Origin: Acidimicrobiales bacterium
GTDB lineage: Bacteria > Actinomycetota > Acidimicrobiia > Acidimicrobiales > MedAcidi-G1
Direction: 5' to 3'
Length of the DNA: 42,800 nt
Assembly: GCA_036011165.1 (NCBI GenBank)
Contig: DASCMW010000064.1
Span: 1 to 42,800 of the forward strand
Under the pieces are notes generated by a model. It was not told the DNA's origin, did no database searches, and saw nothing but the letters and a program-made list of their open reading frames with translations. This document shows, piece by piece, positions 27,026-37,132 of the stretch. The translations under genes were made by a program, and so were the position numbers. Positions within the stretch are counted from its first letter, which is position 1. Each line of letters opens with the position of its first letter.

Positions 27026-28005
27026 TGTTGAGAGTTGAGAATATAAAAGTTTCATTTGACGGAAGTGGAATACTTAATGAATGTGCCCTTGAAGTAGGAG
27101 AAGGAGAAATTGTTGTACTTCTTGGCCCTTCTGGATGCGGGAAGAGCACCTTATTGAGAACAGTAGCCGGTCTAGAAAAAGTAGAAGCTGGAAAAATCTG
27201 GTGGGACGAAGAAGATATGACTACGGTCCCTCCACACAAACGAGGTTTTGGGTTGATGTTCCAGAATCATGCCCTTTTCCCACATCGAAATGTTGAAGAG
27301 AACATCGATTTTGGTTTACAAATTCTTCGAATGGCTACGACTGAACGACAACAAAGAGTAAAAGATTTATTGGCCATGGTTGGTTTAGAGGGATTTCAAA
27401 AAAGAGAGATCGGAGGTTTGTCTGGTGGTGAAGCTCAACGGGTAGCTCTTGCAAGGTCTCTTGCTCCTAAACCACAGCTTCTGATGTTAGATGAACCTAT
27501 GGCTTCACTTGATCGTGCACTCCGAGATCGATTGTTAGCTGACATATCGGACCTTCTACGAAATTTGAACCAAGCCGCAATTTACGTAACCCACGACCAT
27601 GACGAGGCGTTTTCTATCGCTGATCAGATCGCAATCATGCATGAAGGGAAAATTGAAAGAATAGGCAGCCCAAATGAAGTTTGGTTAGATCCTGGTTCTG
27701 AATCTTCGGCTCGATGTATCGGTCACGAAAATTTGATAAATCTTGATGCCTCCGGCAATTGTGCACTAGGAAAACTTGGATCTGGATCGGGTACGGTATT
27801 GATTCGAGAAGACGGGATCTCCATAGTCTCAGAAACCACAGAAATAGTTGGGGAAGTCAAATCCGCTATTTTTCATGCTGGTCGAACTTTGATCAAAGTC
27901 GCCATCGGGGACATTGAACTTTCAACCTCTACGACAGAACCGGTGAAAATCTCAGACAGAGTTAATCTGCATCTTTCACACTCGGCAGTAGTTCCTTTAA
28001 GTTAA
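27025..28005 (+). CDS. thiQ: thiamine ABC transporter ATP-binding protein
   Basis: GPSGCGKS, LSGGEAQRV, LDEP, VTHD; operon position. Confidence 0.85.
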   Translation: MLRVENIKVSFDGSGILNECALEVGEGEIVVLLGPSGCGKSTLLRTVAGLEKVEAGKIWWDEEDMTTVPPHKRGFGLMFQNHALFPHRNVEENIDFGLQILRMATTERQQRVKDLLAMVGLEGFQKREIGGLSGGEAQRVALARSLAPKPQLLMLDEPMASLDRALRDRLLADISDLLRNLNQAAIYVTHDHDEAFSIADQIAIMHEGKIERIGSPNEVWLDPGSESSARCIGHENLINLDASGNCALGKLGSGSGTVLIREDGISIVSETTEIVGEVKSAIFHAGRTLIKVAIGDIELSTSTTEPVKISDRVNLHLSHSAVVPLS

Positions 28006-29567
28006 TGGAATAGTTGTCTGAGTTTTTCTCTATCTACTTTTCCCATAGCATTGCGCGGTAACGAAGGAACTATGCGTATTTCTTCAGGAACTTTGTAGTG
28101 AGCTAAATGTTTTTCGGCTTGTTCAGACAACTCAGATATATCCAAGTCTTTTTGTGTAACAAGAGCAACACAAACGCGTTCTCCTAGCCGTTTATCAGGT
28201 ATTCCAATTACAGCAACTTGATCAACTGAGGAGAATGAAAGAAACACTCTTTCTACTTCCGCGGGGTAAATGTTTGCTCCACCACGAACGATCAAGTCGC
28301 TAAGCCTCCCTATGACAGTTAGATGACCATCTTCGTTCTTAGAACCAATATCGCCGGTATGGAGCATATTCCCCTTTAAAGCGTTGATTGTTTGATTAGA
28401 TTTACCCCAGTATCCGAGCATTGGTGACCATGCTTCTCGCCACGGTCCTTCTTTACGTGGGAAGACACAAATTTCTCCTACTCCGCCAGTTGGTATCTCT
28501 TTTCCATCTTCATCAAATATTCCTATTTCCATAGGTTCAAGCGCATGTCCTGCTCCGTTTGGAACGTGCTCTCGGTCATGTCGTAGGCGTGTTACTCCTG
28601 AAGGTGCTTCTGAGAGTCCGTAACCGACGGTGCAAGGGAACCCGAATTTCTTCTCCCACTCGTCTCTAAGTTCTTGCGGAGTATGACTAGCTCCAATCAC
28701 TACCCGATGAAGAGACGAAAGGTCTTCAGGTTTCACGGAGGGTGTATGAACAAGATCGTATGCCTGTGTAGGAACGAGTAGAAGATCGTTTACTTCGGCA
28801 TCTCGAAGTTGTTCAGCCATTTTCGCGGCATTAGATGGATTTAAAATAACTGAAGTTGTTCCACGTAGGAGAGAAAAGAGAGGACCTATAACCAAGATAT
28901 TCAAGACCGTTAGAGATAAAGCGGTTCCAATTTTTTCATTATCTGTTGGCGGATAAAGAGCTCTGCTTGAAATTCCTGGCCAGAGAAGATTGTGCTGGCT
29001 GTGAACTGCTCCTTTTGGGCGCCCGCTTGTTCCGCTCGTATAGGCAATAGCAGCAGGAGAATGTGGATCCACTTCTTTCTTTGGAACTTTGTTACAAGAA
29101 CCAAAAAGGTTCACCCAACTTTTTTCATTCGTTTCAATAAAAATCGTTTTGCAGTTTTTTGACGCATAATCTTGTTCGGTGATGAAGAGAGTTGCGTCGC
29201 AATCTTGAAGAATCCATTCGGTTTCATCTTGACTGAGATTGGGATTAGCTCCGACCCAGATAGATCCAAGACGTTGAGAGGCTAAGAAAATTTCAACTGG
29301 AATGGTGCTGTTTGAAAGTTGTACAACTATGCGACATCCCGTAAAAGCCCCATGACTTAGAAGCCAGCCCGTAACTAAAGAAACACGAGATTCTAACTCT
29401 CTCCAACTAAGTACCACTCTTTGATGTTTGAGAGCAGTTCTTTCTGGATGTGCAGAAACGCCGTAATCAAGAATGTCTGTCGTATTCCAAGGACCCTTTG
29501 GAGCTGGTAAAGGGTTTTTTCGAATTAATAAACCATTGGTGTCGGTTTGAAGCGTTTCTCGTGTCAT
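28002..29567 (-). CDS. class I adenylate-forming enzyme (acyl-CoA synthetase)
   Basis: YTSGTSGRPKG, GYGLSE, HTGD, GGANIYP, RNAMGK. Confidence 0.9.
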   Translation of the reverse strand: MTRETLQTDTNGLLIRKNPLPAPKGPWNTTDILDYGVSAHPERTALKHQRVVLSWRELESRVSLVTGWLLSHGAFTGCRIVVQLSNSTIPVEIFLASQRLGSIWVGANPNLSQDETEWILQDCDATLFITEQDYASKNCKTIFIETNEKSWVNLFGSCNKVPKKEVDPHSPAAIAYTSGTSGRPKGAVHSQHNLLWPGISSRALYPPTDNEKIGTALSLTVLNILVIGPLFSLLRGTTSVILNPSNAAKMAEQLRDAEVNDLLLVPTQAYDLVHTPSVKPEDLSSLHRVVIGASHTPQELRDEWEKKFGFPCTVGYGLSEAPSGVTRLRHDREHVPNGAGHALEPMEIGIFDEDGKEIPTGGVGEICVFPRKEGPWREAWSPMLGYWGKSNQTINALKGNMLHTGDIGSKNEDGHLTVIGRLSDLIVRGGANIYPAEVERVFLSFSSVDQVAVIGIPDKRLGERVCVALVTQKDLDISELSEQAEKHLAHYKVPEEIRIVPSLPRNAMGKVDREKLRQLFH

Positions 29568-31066
29568 CGCAGTTGATGCCAGAGTGTTCTTTCTTCAGTT
29601 TCCGGATCAAACAAAAGAGAGCATTCTTCATCAAAATTCATCACAGTTCTGGTTTCAGAATTGTAAATTGGCCATTCCCCAAGTGTTGAAGTCGAAGGAT
29701 CCCCAGTTTTTATGAAAGACGCCCACGCATCGTGCATGGTTTGGGCAAGTGCATCAGGTCGTGGGCCGGTACCAATAAAGAGAGTTACTCCAGGTCTATC
29801 TAACATGTTGAATGTGAAAGGTATTTCTAGTGCGTGTGCAGCTCCCAACTGTCCATCAAATGCAGTGGAATCCCAAGAGAATTTATACATGAAGGTTTCG
29901 GAATCAAATAGGTCTCGAGATTCAGCGACTCTTACTGCAGGTATTCGGAAAACCCAATCTGAGGAGATAGCACAACCTAGCCAACCTGCTTTAACATCAC
30001 CGAGACGTTTTCTGTAAACACTTTTAAAGTTTTCTGAATCTTTAGTAATTCGTTGTATGTATCTCTCGGTGTTTTTGTCATCAAAACTAGTTATTCCCCA
30101 AAGAGACATTTCATCTTCATTAGTGCCAATTAAAAGAGGGATATGAGAGCCCGCACTTTCATTTATTAGTTCAGCCGGGGGCCGCGGAAGAACTTCACTT
30201 CCCCACGAGGGATAAAAAGCGTCAACACCGAAGTCTCTGTTGCCATCATTATCAATTACACGATGTTGAGCTTCAAGAATTTTAGAAGCAGGGATTGACC
30301 GGAGCTCATCTGCGGTTGGACTATCAAGTTCTGTGAGAAATTTTTTGGCTATAGCCGAAGAGTCTTCGGGGCTGTGGATGTGATGTGCAGCCCCACTTTG
30401 AGCTATGGCTTGATGAAAAAGCCCCTCAGTAACAGGAGAAGCTAATAAGTTGCAAACACTAAAGGCCCCAGCTGATTCCCCTCCAATAGTCACTTTCTCA
30501 GGATCTCCTCCAAACAAGGAGATATTTTTTTGAACCCATTCAAGCGCTGCGATTTGGTCCATAGTTCCATGTAAACCTGAAGAAGTAAAAGTTGTTTCTC
30601 CAGGAAAACTTGAAGCAAGGTTGCAGAAACCTAGAGCTCCTAAACGGTAGTTAATTGAGACAGTAACGATGTCGTGGTTGAAAGCGAAAGAAGTTCCGTC
30701 ATACCACGGGATAGCTCCTTGACCAGAAAGATAGCCACCTCCGTGGATCCATACGTAAACAGGGCGGTTTTTGTCGTCAGCGTTTGGAGTAGTCACGTTA
30801 AGTTTCAAACAGTCCTCATCCCAAGGAACAGGAATACGGTTTGTGAGTCCTTCGCCAGGAAGTTGAGGAGCGGCTTTCCCTGGCCGTTGAGCATCAAGCA
30901 CACCTTCCCAAGGAATTGGTGGCTGTGGTGGGGCAAATCTTAGCTCTTCAACAGGGGGAGCTGCATAGGGAATATCAAAAAAAGTTTGAACTTCGCGCCG
31001 GTTACGTCCTTTGATTAAACCTGAATGGATTTTTACTACTGGATCTTCTTGAGAGGTAAGTGACAT
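29564..31066 (-). CDS. type-B carboxylesterase/lipase
   Basis: IPYAAPP, EDCL, HGGG, GESAG nucleophile, GAAHALE. Confidence 0.93.
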   Translation of the reverse strand: MSLTSQEDPVVKIHSGLIKGRNRREVQTFFDIPYAAPPVEELRFAPPQPPIPWEGVLDAQRPGKAAPQLPGEGLTNRIPVPWDEDCLKLNVTTPNADDKNRPVYVWIHGGGYLSGQGAIPWYDGTSFAFNHDIVTVSINYRLGALGFCNLASSFPGETTFTSSGLHGTMDQIAALEWVQKNISLFGGDPEKVTIGGESAGAFSVCNLLASPVTEGLFHQAIAQSGAAHHIHSPEDSSAIAKKFLTELDSPTADELRSIPASKILEAQHRVIDNDGNRDFGVDAFYPSWGSEVLPRPPAELINESAGSHIPLLIGTNEDEMSLWGITSFDDKNTERYIQRITKDSENFKSVYRKRLGDVKAGWLGCAISSDWVFRIPAVRVAESRDLFDSETFMYKFSWDSTAFDGQLGAAHALEIPFTFNMLDRPGVTLFIGTGPRPDALAQTMHDAWASFIKTGDPSTSTLGEWPIYNSETRTVMNFDEECSLLFDPETEERTLWHQLR

Positions 31067-32244
31067 TAGACTTTAAGTACCAAAGCTTCGCCTTGGCCTC
31101 CTCCACCACACAAAGCTGCAGCACCAAGCCCTCCGCCTCGTCGTTTCAGTTCAAGTGCAAGAGTCAAAGCAACCCGTGTACCTGACATGCCGATCGGATG
31201 TCCTAAAGCGATAGCCCCCCCGTTCACATTCACGATGTCTTCTGGAATTCCTAAATCTTGCATTGAAGCAAGCGCTACTGCAGCAAAAGCTTCATTAATT
31301 TCAAAAAGCTCAAGATCAGAAATATTCAGATCAGTATTTTGTAAAGATTTTTTAATGGCGTTAGATGGCTGGAAAAGCAAACTTGTATCAGGTCCTGCCA
31401 CTTGCCCATGTGAAACAATTTCAGCTAAAGGTTCAATGCCTAGAGAATCTGCGTGATCCAGAGTGGTCACAATGACTGCTGCTGCACCATCAGATATCTG
31501 AGAAGCATTACCAGCAGTGATGTTGCCATTGGCTTCAAAAGCAGGGGAGAGCCGCCCAAGAGAAGACATGTCTATATCAGGGCGAATACCTTCATCTTCT
31601 GTAACAATAATGTCGTCACCATGTCTTGAAGACATTGATACTGGAGTGATTTCATCAACAAATAAGCCATCTTTTTGCGCTTTTGCTGCCCGTTCATGGG
31701 ACTGGACAGCAAATGTATCTTGTGATTCTCTACTTAAGTCAAGTTCTTGTGCGTAGCGTTCGGTTGCTTCTCCCATGGCGCAATGCTCAATAGTGCAAGT
31801 CAAACCATCAAACATCATTGAATCAACTATGACCCCATCTCCGATGCGGTACCCCGAACGTGATTGCATCAATAAATGAGGAGCTTTGCTCATTGATTCC
31901 ATTCCTCCAGCTACCACGACCGTGGCTTCACCAAGACGAATCATTTGGCTAGCTAGGTGGATGGCGTGCATCCCTGAGAGGCAAGCACGATTAAGAAGAG
32001 TAGAAGGGGAAGTTAATGGAATTCCCGCATCTGCGGCGGCACGTCTTGCAGGTACCTGACCAATTCCGGCGCTAATGACATTCCCTAAATAAGTGAAATC
32101 CACTTGATCACCGCTTAGTTCAGCTCGATTTAAGGCAGCATCGATAGTGATTGATCCAAGGCTCGTTGCTGCCTGATTAGAAAGAGCGCCTTGTAAGCGT
32201 CCTATTGGTGTCCGAGCACCGCTAAGGATCACAATTGGTGACAT
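31066..32244 (-). CDS. acetyl-CoA C-acyltransferase (thiolase)
   Basis: NRACLSG, EINEAF, GGAIALGHPIG, LCGGGGQG. Confidence 0.95.
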   Translation of the reverse strand: MSPIVILSGARTPIGRLQGALSNQAATSLGSITIDAALNRAELSGDQVDFTYLGNVISAGIGQVPARRAAADAGIPLTSPSTLLNRACLSGMHAIHLASQMIRLGEATVVVAGGMESMSKAPHLLMQSRSGYRIGDGVIVDSMMFDGLTCTIEHCAMGEATERYAQELDLSRESQDTFAVQSHERAAKAQKDGLFVDEITPVSMSSRHGDDIIVTEDEGIRPDIDMSSLGRLSPAFEANGNITAGNASQISDGAAAVIVTTLDHADSLGIEPLAEIVSHGQVAGPDTSLLFQPSNAIKKSLQNTDLNISDLELFEINEAFAAVALASMQDLGIPEDIVNVNGGAIALGHPIGMSGTRVALTLALELKRRGGGLGAAALCGGGGQGEALVLKV

Positions 32245-32342
32245 AGAAACTCCTGAAATTAAAACATCTATGGTCTAGTAATTACTCTAACTGGCGTTAA
32301 GGCTTCTTCGTTTATAGAGAGGCTTTACTACCTGTTATCTAT

Positions 32343-32819
32343 CTAGCCTTGGTAAAGAGTAAGGGAATCGTAAAGAACAGAAGGAACTTCTATGCCTTGA
32401 ACATGGATAGCAACTTGAGAGGCTACAAGAGTTCCTTTTTTATGTTCACGAGCTTCTTTTAGACGGCTTCTTGCTTGAAGTACTGACCCGGAAGGTACGG
32501 GAGCAAGAAATCGTAGGCCGTCAGCTCCATAGTTCACTGCATTCCGAAATCCAGTGATGCGAACTTTGTCGTTCCAACTTATAGAAGCAACCAAACTCAA
32601 TGTGAAGAACCCATGAGCAATAGGTCCACCAAAAGGGCTTTCTGTTTTTGCTCGTTCAACGTCAACATGTATCCATTGATGGTCGCCCGTCAATTCGGCA
32701 AAAGCATCGATTTTTTCTTGAGTCATTTCAAATTCTGGACCCCAGCCACTCCACTCTTCAGTAGCCGCAGCCAGCAGGCCTTCAATATCATCAAAAGCTA
32801 TTTCAATCATGTTGCTCAC
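32343..32819 (-). CDS. MaoC-family (hot-dog) dehydratase
   Basis: FAELTGDHQWIHVD, GGPIAHG, NYG..LRFLAPV. Confidence 0.9.
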   Translation of the reverse strand: MSNMIEIAFDDIEGLLAAATEEWSGWGPEFEMTQEKIDAFAELTGDHQWIHVDVERAKTESPFGGPIAHGFFTLSLVASISWNDKVRITGFRNAVNYGADGLRFLAPVPSGSVLQARSRLKEAREHKKGTLVASQVAIHVQGIEVPSVLYDSLTLYQG

Positions 32820-32936
32820 ACTCCAGTTAAGGTTTTATTCCTCTACCGTGGCCGCAAAACTATCCGCCCGTCAAGGCGGGCGAGTAAATACGGCTCTAGA
32901 GTTTACTAATTGCAAACAGTGAAGGGGAAAATAAGC

Positions 32937-34682
32937 GTGAAAGAATCACCAGTTGACGAACATTATCAAGAAGCTTGGGATGAGTTAACTGGACCTGGTG
33001 GTCCATTCGCCTGGTCAGTTGTTGAAGTAAGAGGCGTGCCTACACGGGTTTATGACGCTGCTCCACCAAATATGGCTTTAGTGTGGGCCGCTTCTCTTGC
33101 TTACGCAGAAAATGATTACATCATTTATGGCGATGAACGCATTAGCTATGGAGAAGCACATCAAGAAGTAGATGCGCTAGCCACCTATCTCGTATCTATT
33201 GGAGTAGGGCACGGAGATCGAGTGGCCTTATCTATGAGAAATTATCCGGAATGGGCTCTTGCCTATTGGGCAACATTGAAAATTGGGGCTGCTGTAGTCG
33301 GGATGAATGCTTGGTGGACTGGATCTGAAATGGAATTTGGGCTTTCAGACAGTACTCCAAAAGTTTTGATAGCAGATGAAGAGCGTCTTGCAAGAGCGCA
33401 CCCAGAATTAGAAGGTTTAAGAACAAAAAACCCGCTTCACGTCATAGGTGTACGTGTAGAGGGAGATCTCCCTGAAGACTCAATTCATTGGAAAGATGCG
33501 ATACAGCAAGCTTCTGAACTGCCCCCACTTCCTGAGATTGATATTAGTCCTGAAGATGATGTTTGTATTTTCTACACTTCCGGGACCACTGGTCGACCAA
33601 AGGGCGCTGTTTTAACTCATCGCGGAGCAGTCTCCAATCTTTTGAATCTTGGATTTTGGAATACAGTAAGCCTGACAGCAGGAGTCAAAGCAGTTGAAGC
33701 CGGAGAAAATCCTTCAGGTTCAGACAAACGACCTGGGGAATCTAATCCCGGTTCTGTTCTAGCAGTTCCTTTATTTCATGTGACGGGCTGCAACTGTTGT
33801 TTACACCCGATTACAGCTCAGGGAGGTCGGCTGATCCTGATGTATCGGTGGGATGCGGGAGTAGCTCTTGAACTTATTGAGAAGGAACGACCTTCAACAT
33901 TTACTGGTGTTCCCACTATGGCTAGAGAGTTGATTAATCATCCAGATTTCGAAAAAAGAGACACCTCAAGCCTCAGCCACTTAGGAGGCGGAGGTGCTGC
34001 AGTCCAACCTGATCTAGTACACAAAATTGAGGAAAAAATTGAGGGCCGACCCTCTACTGGTTACGGACTCACTGAGGTTAATGGTGTGATTGCTATGAAT
34101 TCAGCCCATTTCTTCACTGCTAAACCTGAATCTACCGGACCTGTTGTTCCCGTTCTTGAATCACGGATTGTGAGTGAAAACGGAGAGGATCAGAAAGCGG
34201 GACAGTTGGGAGAACTATGGGTCAGAGGAGGCAATGTATTCCGTGGATACTTAAACCGACCTGAAGCAAACGAAGAAATTCTTACTGATGGTTGGTTCCA
34301 TACCGGAGATATCGGGTATCTCGATGAAGACGGTTTCCTTTTTCTCGTAGATAGAGCTAAGGACATGGTGCTGCGAGGGGGAGAGAACGTTTATTCAGCC
34401 GAAGTAGAAGCAGCAATTTATGAACATCCTTCCGTGGCCGAAGCAGCAGTGTTTGCTGTACCTGATGAGCGACTTGGCGAAGCCGTTGGAGTAGCAATCG
34501 TTCGGTTACCAGGAGCTCAACTGACAGCAGAAGAACTTCAAAACCATGTCCGCACGTTAATAGCATCATTCAAAGTTCCAGAACATATTTGGTTTAGTGA
34601 AGAAGCATTGCCTCGTAACGCAAATGGAAAATTTCTCAAACGAGAATTACGTGAAACCTTGATCGGCACACCAACAGAGTAA
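32937..34682 (+). CDS. long-chain fatty acid--CoA ligase-like adenylate-forming enzyme
   Basis: YTSGTTGRPKG, GYGLTE, WFHTGD, GGENVYS, RNANGK. Start uncertain: GTG 32937 with GAAGGGGA SD, or TTG 32910. Confidence 0.9.
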   Translation: MKESPVDEHYQEAWDELTGPGGPFAWSVVEVRGVPTRVYDAAPPNMALVWAASLAYAENDYIIYGDERISYGEAHQEVDALATYLVSIGVGHGDRVALSMRNYPEWALAYWATLKIGAAVVGMNAWWTGSEMEFGLSDSTPKVLIADEERLARAHPELEGLRTKNPLHVIGVRVEGDLPEDSIHWKDAIQQASELPPLPEIDISPEDDVCIFYTSGTTGRPKGAVLTHRGAVSNLLNLGFWNTVSLTAGVKAVEAGENPSGSDKRPGESNPGSVLAVPLFHVTGCNCCLHPITAQGGRLILMYRWDAGVALELIEKERPSTFTGVPTMARELINHPDFEKRDTSSLSHLGGGGAAVQPDLVHKIEEKIEGRPSTGYGLTEVNGVIAMNSAHFFTAKPESTGPVVPVLESRIVSENGEDQKAGQLGELWVRGGNVFRGYLNRPEANEEILTDGWFHTGDIGYLDEDGFLFLVDRAKDMVLRGGENVYSAEVEAAIYEHPSVAEAAVFAVPDERLGEAVGVAIVRLPGAQLTAEELQNHVRTLIASFKVPEHIWFSEEALPRNANGKFLKRELRETLIGTPTE

Positions 34683-34686
34683 ACAG

Positions 34687-35319
34687 ATGAATGCACAACG
34701 CTGGGCACAAATAGAACGACAAAACTTGTGCGACCTATTAGAAGTAGTAGGTCCTGACGCACCAACATTATGTGAAGGATGGTCTACCGCACATTTGGCC
34801 GCTCATCTAGTTCTAAGAGAACGCAAACCGATAGCAGCTCTCGGAATAATATTTGGGGGCGCATTCGCTCAACGTACAGAGAGAACTACGAAGCGATTAG
34901 CAGCAACGTCTTTTGATGGTTTAATAAAAAAGTTACGAAAAGGCCCACCGTTACCTTTGAAACGAATCGATGGACAGATAAATGTTCTTGAATACACTGT
35001 TCATCATGAAGACATCCGCCGGGCATTCGGCGAATGGGAAGAACGACAAAATCTAGATGAACTTCAAGAAATTATTTGGAAGATTCAAAAGCGTTCAGCA
35101 CATTTGATGACACGTAAACTTGAAGACATTGATTTAACTCTGTGTAGGCCATCCGGAGAAACAACTCATATCAACAAATCTGGTCGACCAGCAACTTTAA
35201 TCGGAGAACCTATAGAGATAGCGATGTTTATAACTGGGCGACGTGATAAAGCATTAGTAGAAATCTCAGGAGATGACTCAGCTATTGAAGAGATAAGAAC
35301 AGGGAGTTTAGGTTATTGA
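34687..35319 (+). CDS. TIGR03085-like / MDMPI (DinB superfamily) metal-binding protein
   Basis: ER..LCD....GPDAPTLCEGW...LAAHLVLRE, E..VHHEDIRRA. Confidence 0.85.
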   Translation: MNAQRWAQIERQNLCDLLEVVGPDAPTLCEGWSTAHLAAHLVLRERKPIAALGIIFGGAFAQRTERTTKRLAATSFDGLIKKLRKGPPLPLKRIDGQINVLEYTVHHEDIRRAFGEWEERQNLDELQEIIWKIQKRSAHLMTRKLEDIDLTLCRPSGETTHINKSGRPATLIGEPIEIAMFITGRRDKALVEISGDDSAIEEIRTGSLGY

Positions 35320-35357
35320 CTCAATGGTTGTTAAGGGTTACTGAATCAAGAGTATCT

Positions 35358-37118
35358 CTACGACCCTGAAGAGACTCGTGTCATGGCTTCTGGTCTCCCA
35401 TTAATTATTCCGTCTGCACCCATAGATACAAGCTCGAGATAGTAATTGTAAGTTTCTTGCGAGGTATCACTCATCCAAACCCACACATCAACACTCGCTG
35501 TTTCCGCAGCCTCAAAAAAACTAGGAACTAAAACTTCAACTTCCCCATAAAACGGAGGAACTTGAACCACTGCATGATCTCCGAGGGGTTCTCCATTTAG
35601 AACCCAAGCAACCATTTCATCTGTTCCGGGACTAGTGGAAATATCCGGAGCGGCTTGTTTGAATTCTGCAATAACATCCGAAGAAAAAGAAGCCACGATT
35701 ACAGAATCACGTCGATCAAGGGCATCAATATCAGAAATCAGAGCAGCGATAGCTTCTGAAGCAAGAGCACCTTCATCTTTTATCTCAATATCCAACGGCA
35801 TTTCCGGAAATGCTGAAGCGATGTCAAAAAAAGTTTCGATACGGAAATCTTCTGAAGTGAAACCATCTGGAGGAGGTACGTCACCAGTACGTACACCTCG
35901 AAGCGGGTAGTCGTCTCCGTTGAGATCTCGGCAAGGCCAACAAGTAGGAGACCACCACCATGCATTATCTAAAAGTTGCAACTCACCAACATTCATTTCT
36001 GAGACAATCCCAGAAACCCCAGTGGTTCCATCAACAGTTTCATCATGATGGACCACTAAAACTCCATCGGCAGTGATACGAACATCCATCTCTAACATGT
36101 CTACGCCCTCTATTACTGCTTGTTGAAAGGCATACATGGTTGAGTGTGGGTAATCCTGATCTCCTCCCGCATGGGCAATATTCAAAGGGTAGGAGGCATC
36201 AAGCAAATCAGAGATGGAAGGGGGCTCAGGAGCAAGCGTCGTTGTGGTTGGTGCTGCGGTGGTTGCGGTAGTAGCCGCAGTGGTCGAAGACATCAGATGG
36301 GGGAAGGGAATCTTCGTCGCAATCCCTGCGTCTCCGCAGGGGTCATGACCTTCAGGATGGGTTTCCTGAAGCATCTCCCCGAAGTCATTTGTCGTCACGT
36401 GGCAGAGCAAGTACAGGCCTGCTTCTTCCAAAAACTTCATGACGTCATGATGGATGTCCCTACCTCCTGGGTTTTTCGCAAGGTCGAAGACGCCCTGCCG
36501 CCCGTAGTAGTTGTCTTTGGGTGTCGGCCCTGAAGTGAAGGTTGTTTCTTTGATCTCCCTCTGTTCGAGTTCGCTGACGAGGAGATCCCATTCGGTTTGG
36601 GTGACTACCGCGATGTCGTACATGAGGACATTGCGGATTGGGAACATGATTGCCATGACTCTCTGGAAGGCTTTCTCGTCTTCGCCTAGTCCGTCTTGTG
36701 AGGACCTCTGAAGGTCATCTCCGTCAAAGGCGGGCGTTCCTCTCGCCTGGAGTGCTTCACCCTGGGCATTCACCGCCACTGCCTCGTTTGCCGAAAAGAG
36801 GAAGTTCCCGTCACGATCGACGATGTCTTCGGTCCCCGGATCGAGCCCGGTTTGATGCGGAGTCCCCGTGAATATGCAGTAACCCAAGGAATCGAAATTG
36901 CAGGCGTACCTGTCGTCCGGCCGGCCCTTTCCGGCATCTACTCCACTCGATTGGCCACCGTTGCCCCCAGTGGTGGTGGGTGGTGTTGCGGTGGTTGTGG
37001 TTGAGCTTAGGACTTCAGAGTCGAGAGAGGAAACAGGGTCTGTGCTATTGCTACAAGCCCCAAGAATTATTAAAGAAAGAGTCGAAATTAGAAATAGCTT
37101 GTTCGCTGAAATTATCAT
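35358..37118 (-). CDS. lipoprotein: unknown N-terminal domain + glycerophosphodiester phosphodiesterase domain
   Basis: Lipobox LGA-C; C-terminal IAHAGG, LEMDVRITADG.LVVHHD, DIEIK, GADGII. Start ATG 37118 or TTG 37136. Confidence 0.85.
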   Translation of the reverse strand: MIISANKLFLISTLSLIILGACSNSTDPVSSLDSEVLSSTTTTATPPTTTGGNGGQSSGVDAGKGRPDDRYACNFDSLGYCIFTGTPHQTGLDPGTEDIVDRDGNFLFSANEAVAVNAQGEALQARGTPAFDGDDLQRSSQDGLGEDEKAFQRVMAIMFPIRNVLMYDIAVVTQTEWDLLVSELEQREIKETTFTSGPTPKDNYYGRQGVFDLAKNPGGRDIHHDVMKFLEEAGLYLLCHVTTNDFGEMLQETHPEGHDPCGDAGIATKIPFPHLMSSTTAATTATTAAPTTTTLAPEPPSISDLLDASYPLNIAHAGGDQDYPHSTMYAFQQAVIEGVDMLEMDVRITADGVLVVHHDETVDGTTGVSGIVSEMNVGELQLLDNAWWWSPTCWPCRDLNGDDYPLRGVRTGDVPPPDGFTSEDFRIETFFDIASAFPEMPLDIEIKDEGALASEAIAALISDIDALDRRDSVIVASFSSDVIAEFKQAAPDISTSPGTDEMVAWVLNGEPLGDHAVVQVPPFYGEVEVLVPSFFEAAETASVDVWVWMSDTSQETYNYYLELVSMGADGIINGRPEAMTRVSSGS

Positions 37119-37132
37119 TAGAGGACTCTGCG

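Noticed and set aside
36240-37000. Intein or IS explanation for the GDPD insert
   Set aside because: No Cys/Ser...His-Asn splice motifs, no LAGLIDADG, no transposase or terminal inverted repeats; it sits in a linker, not a conserved site
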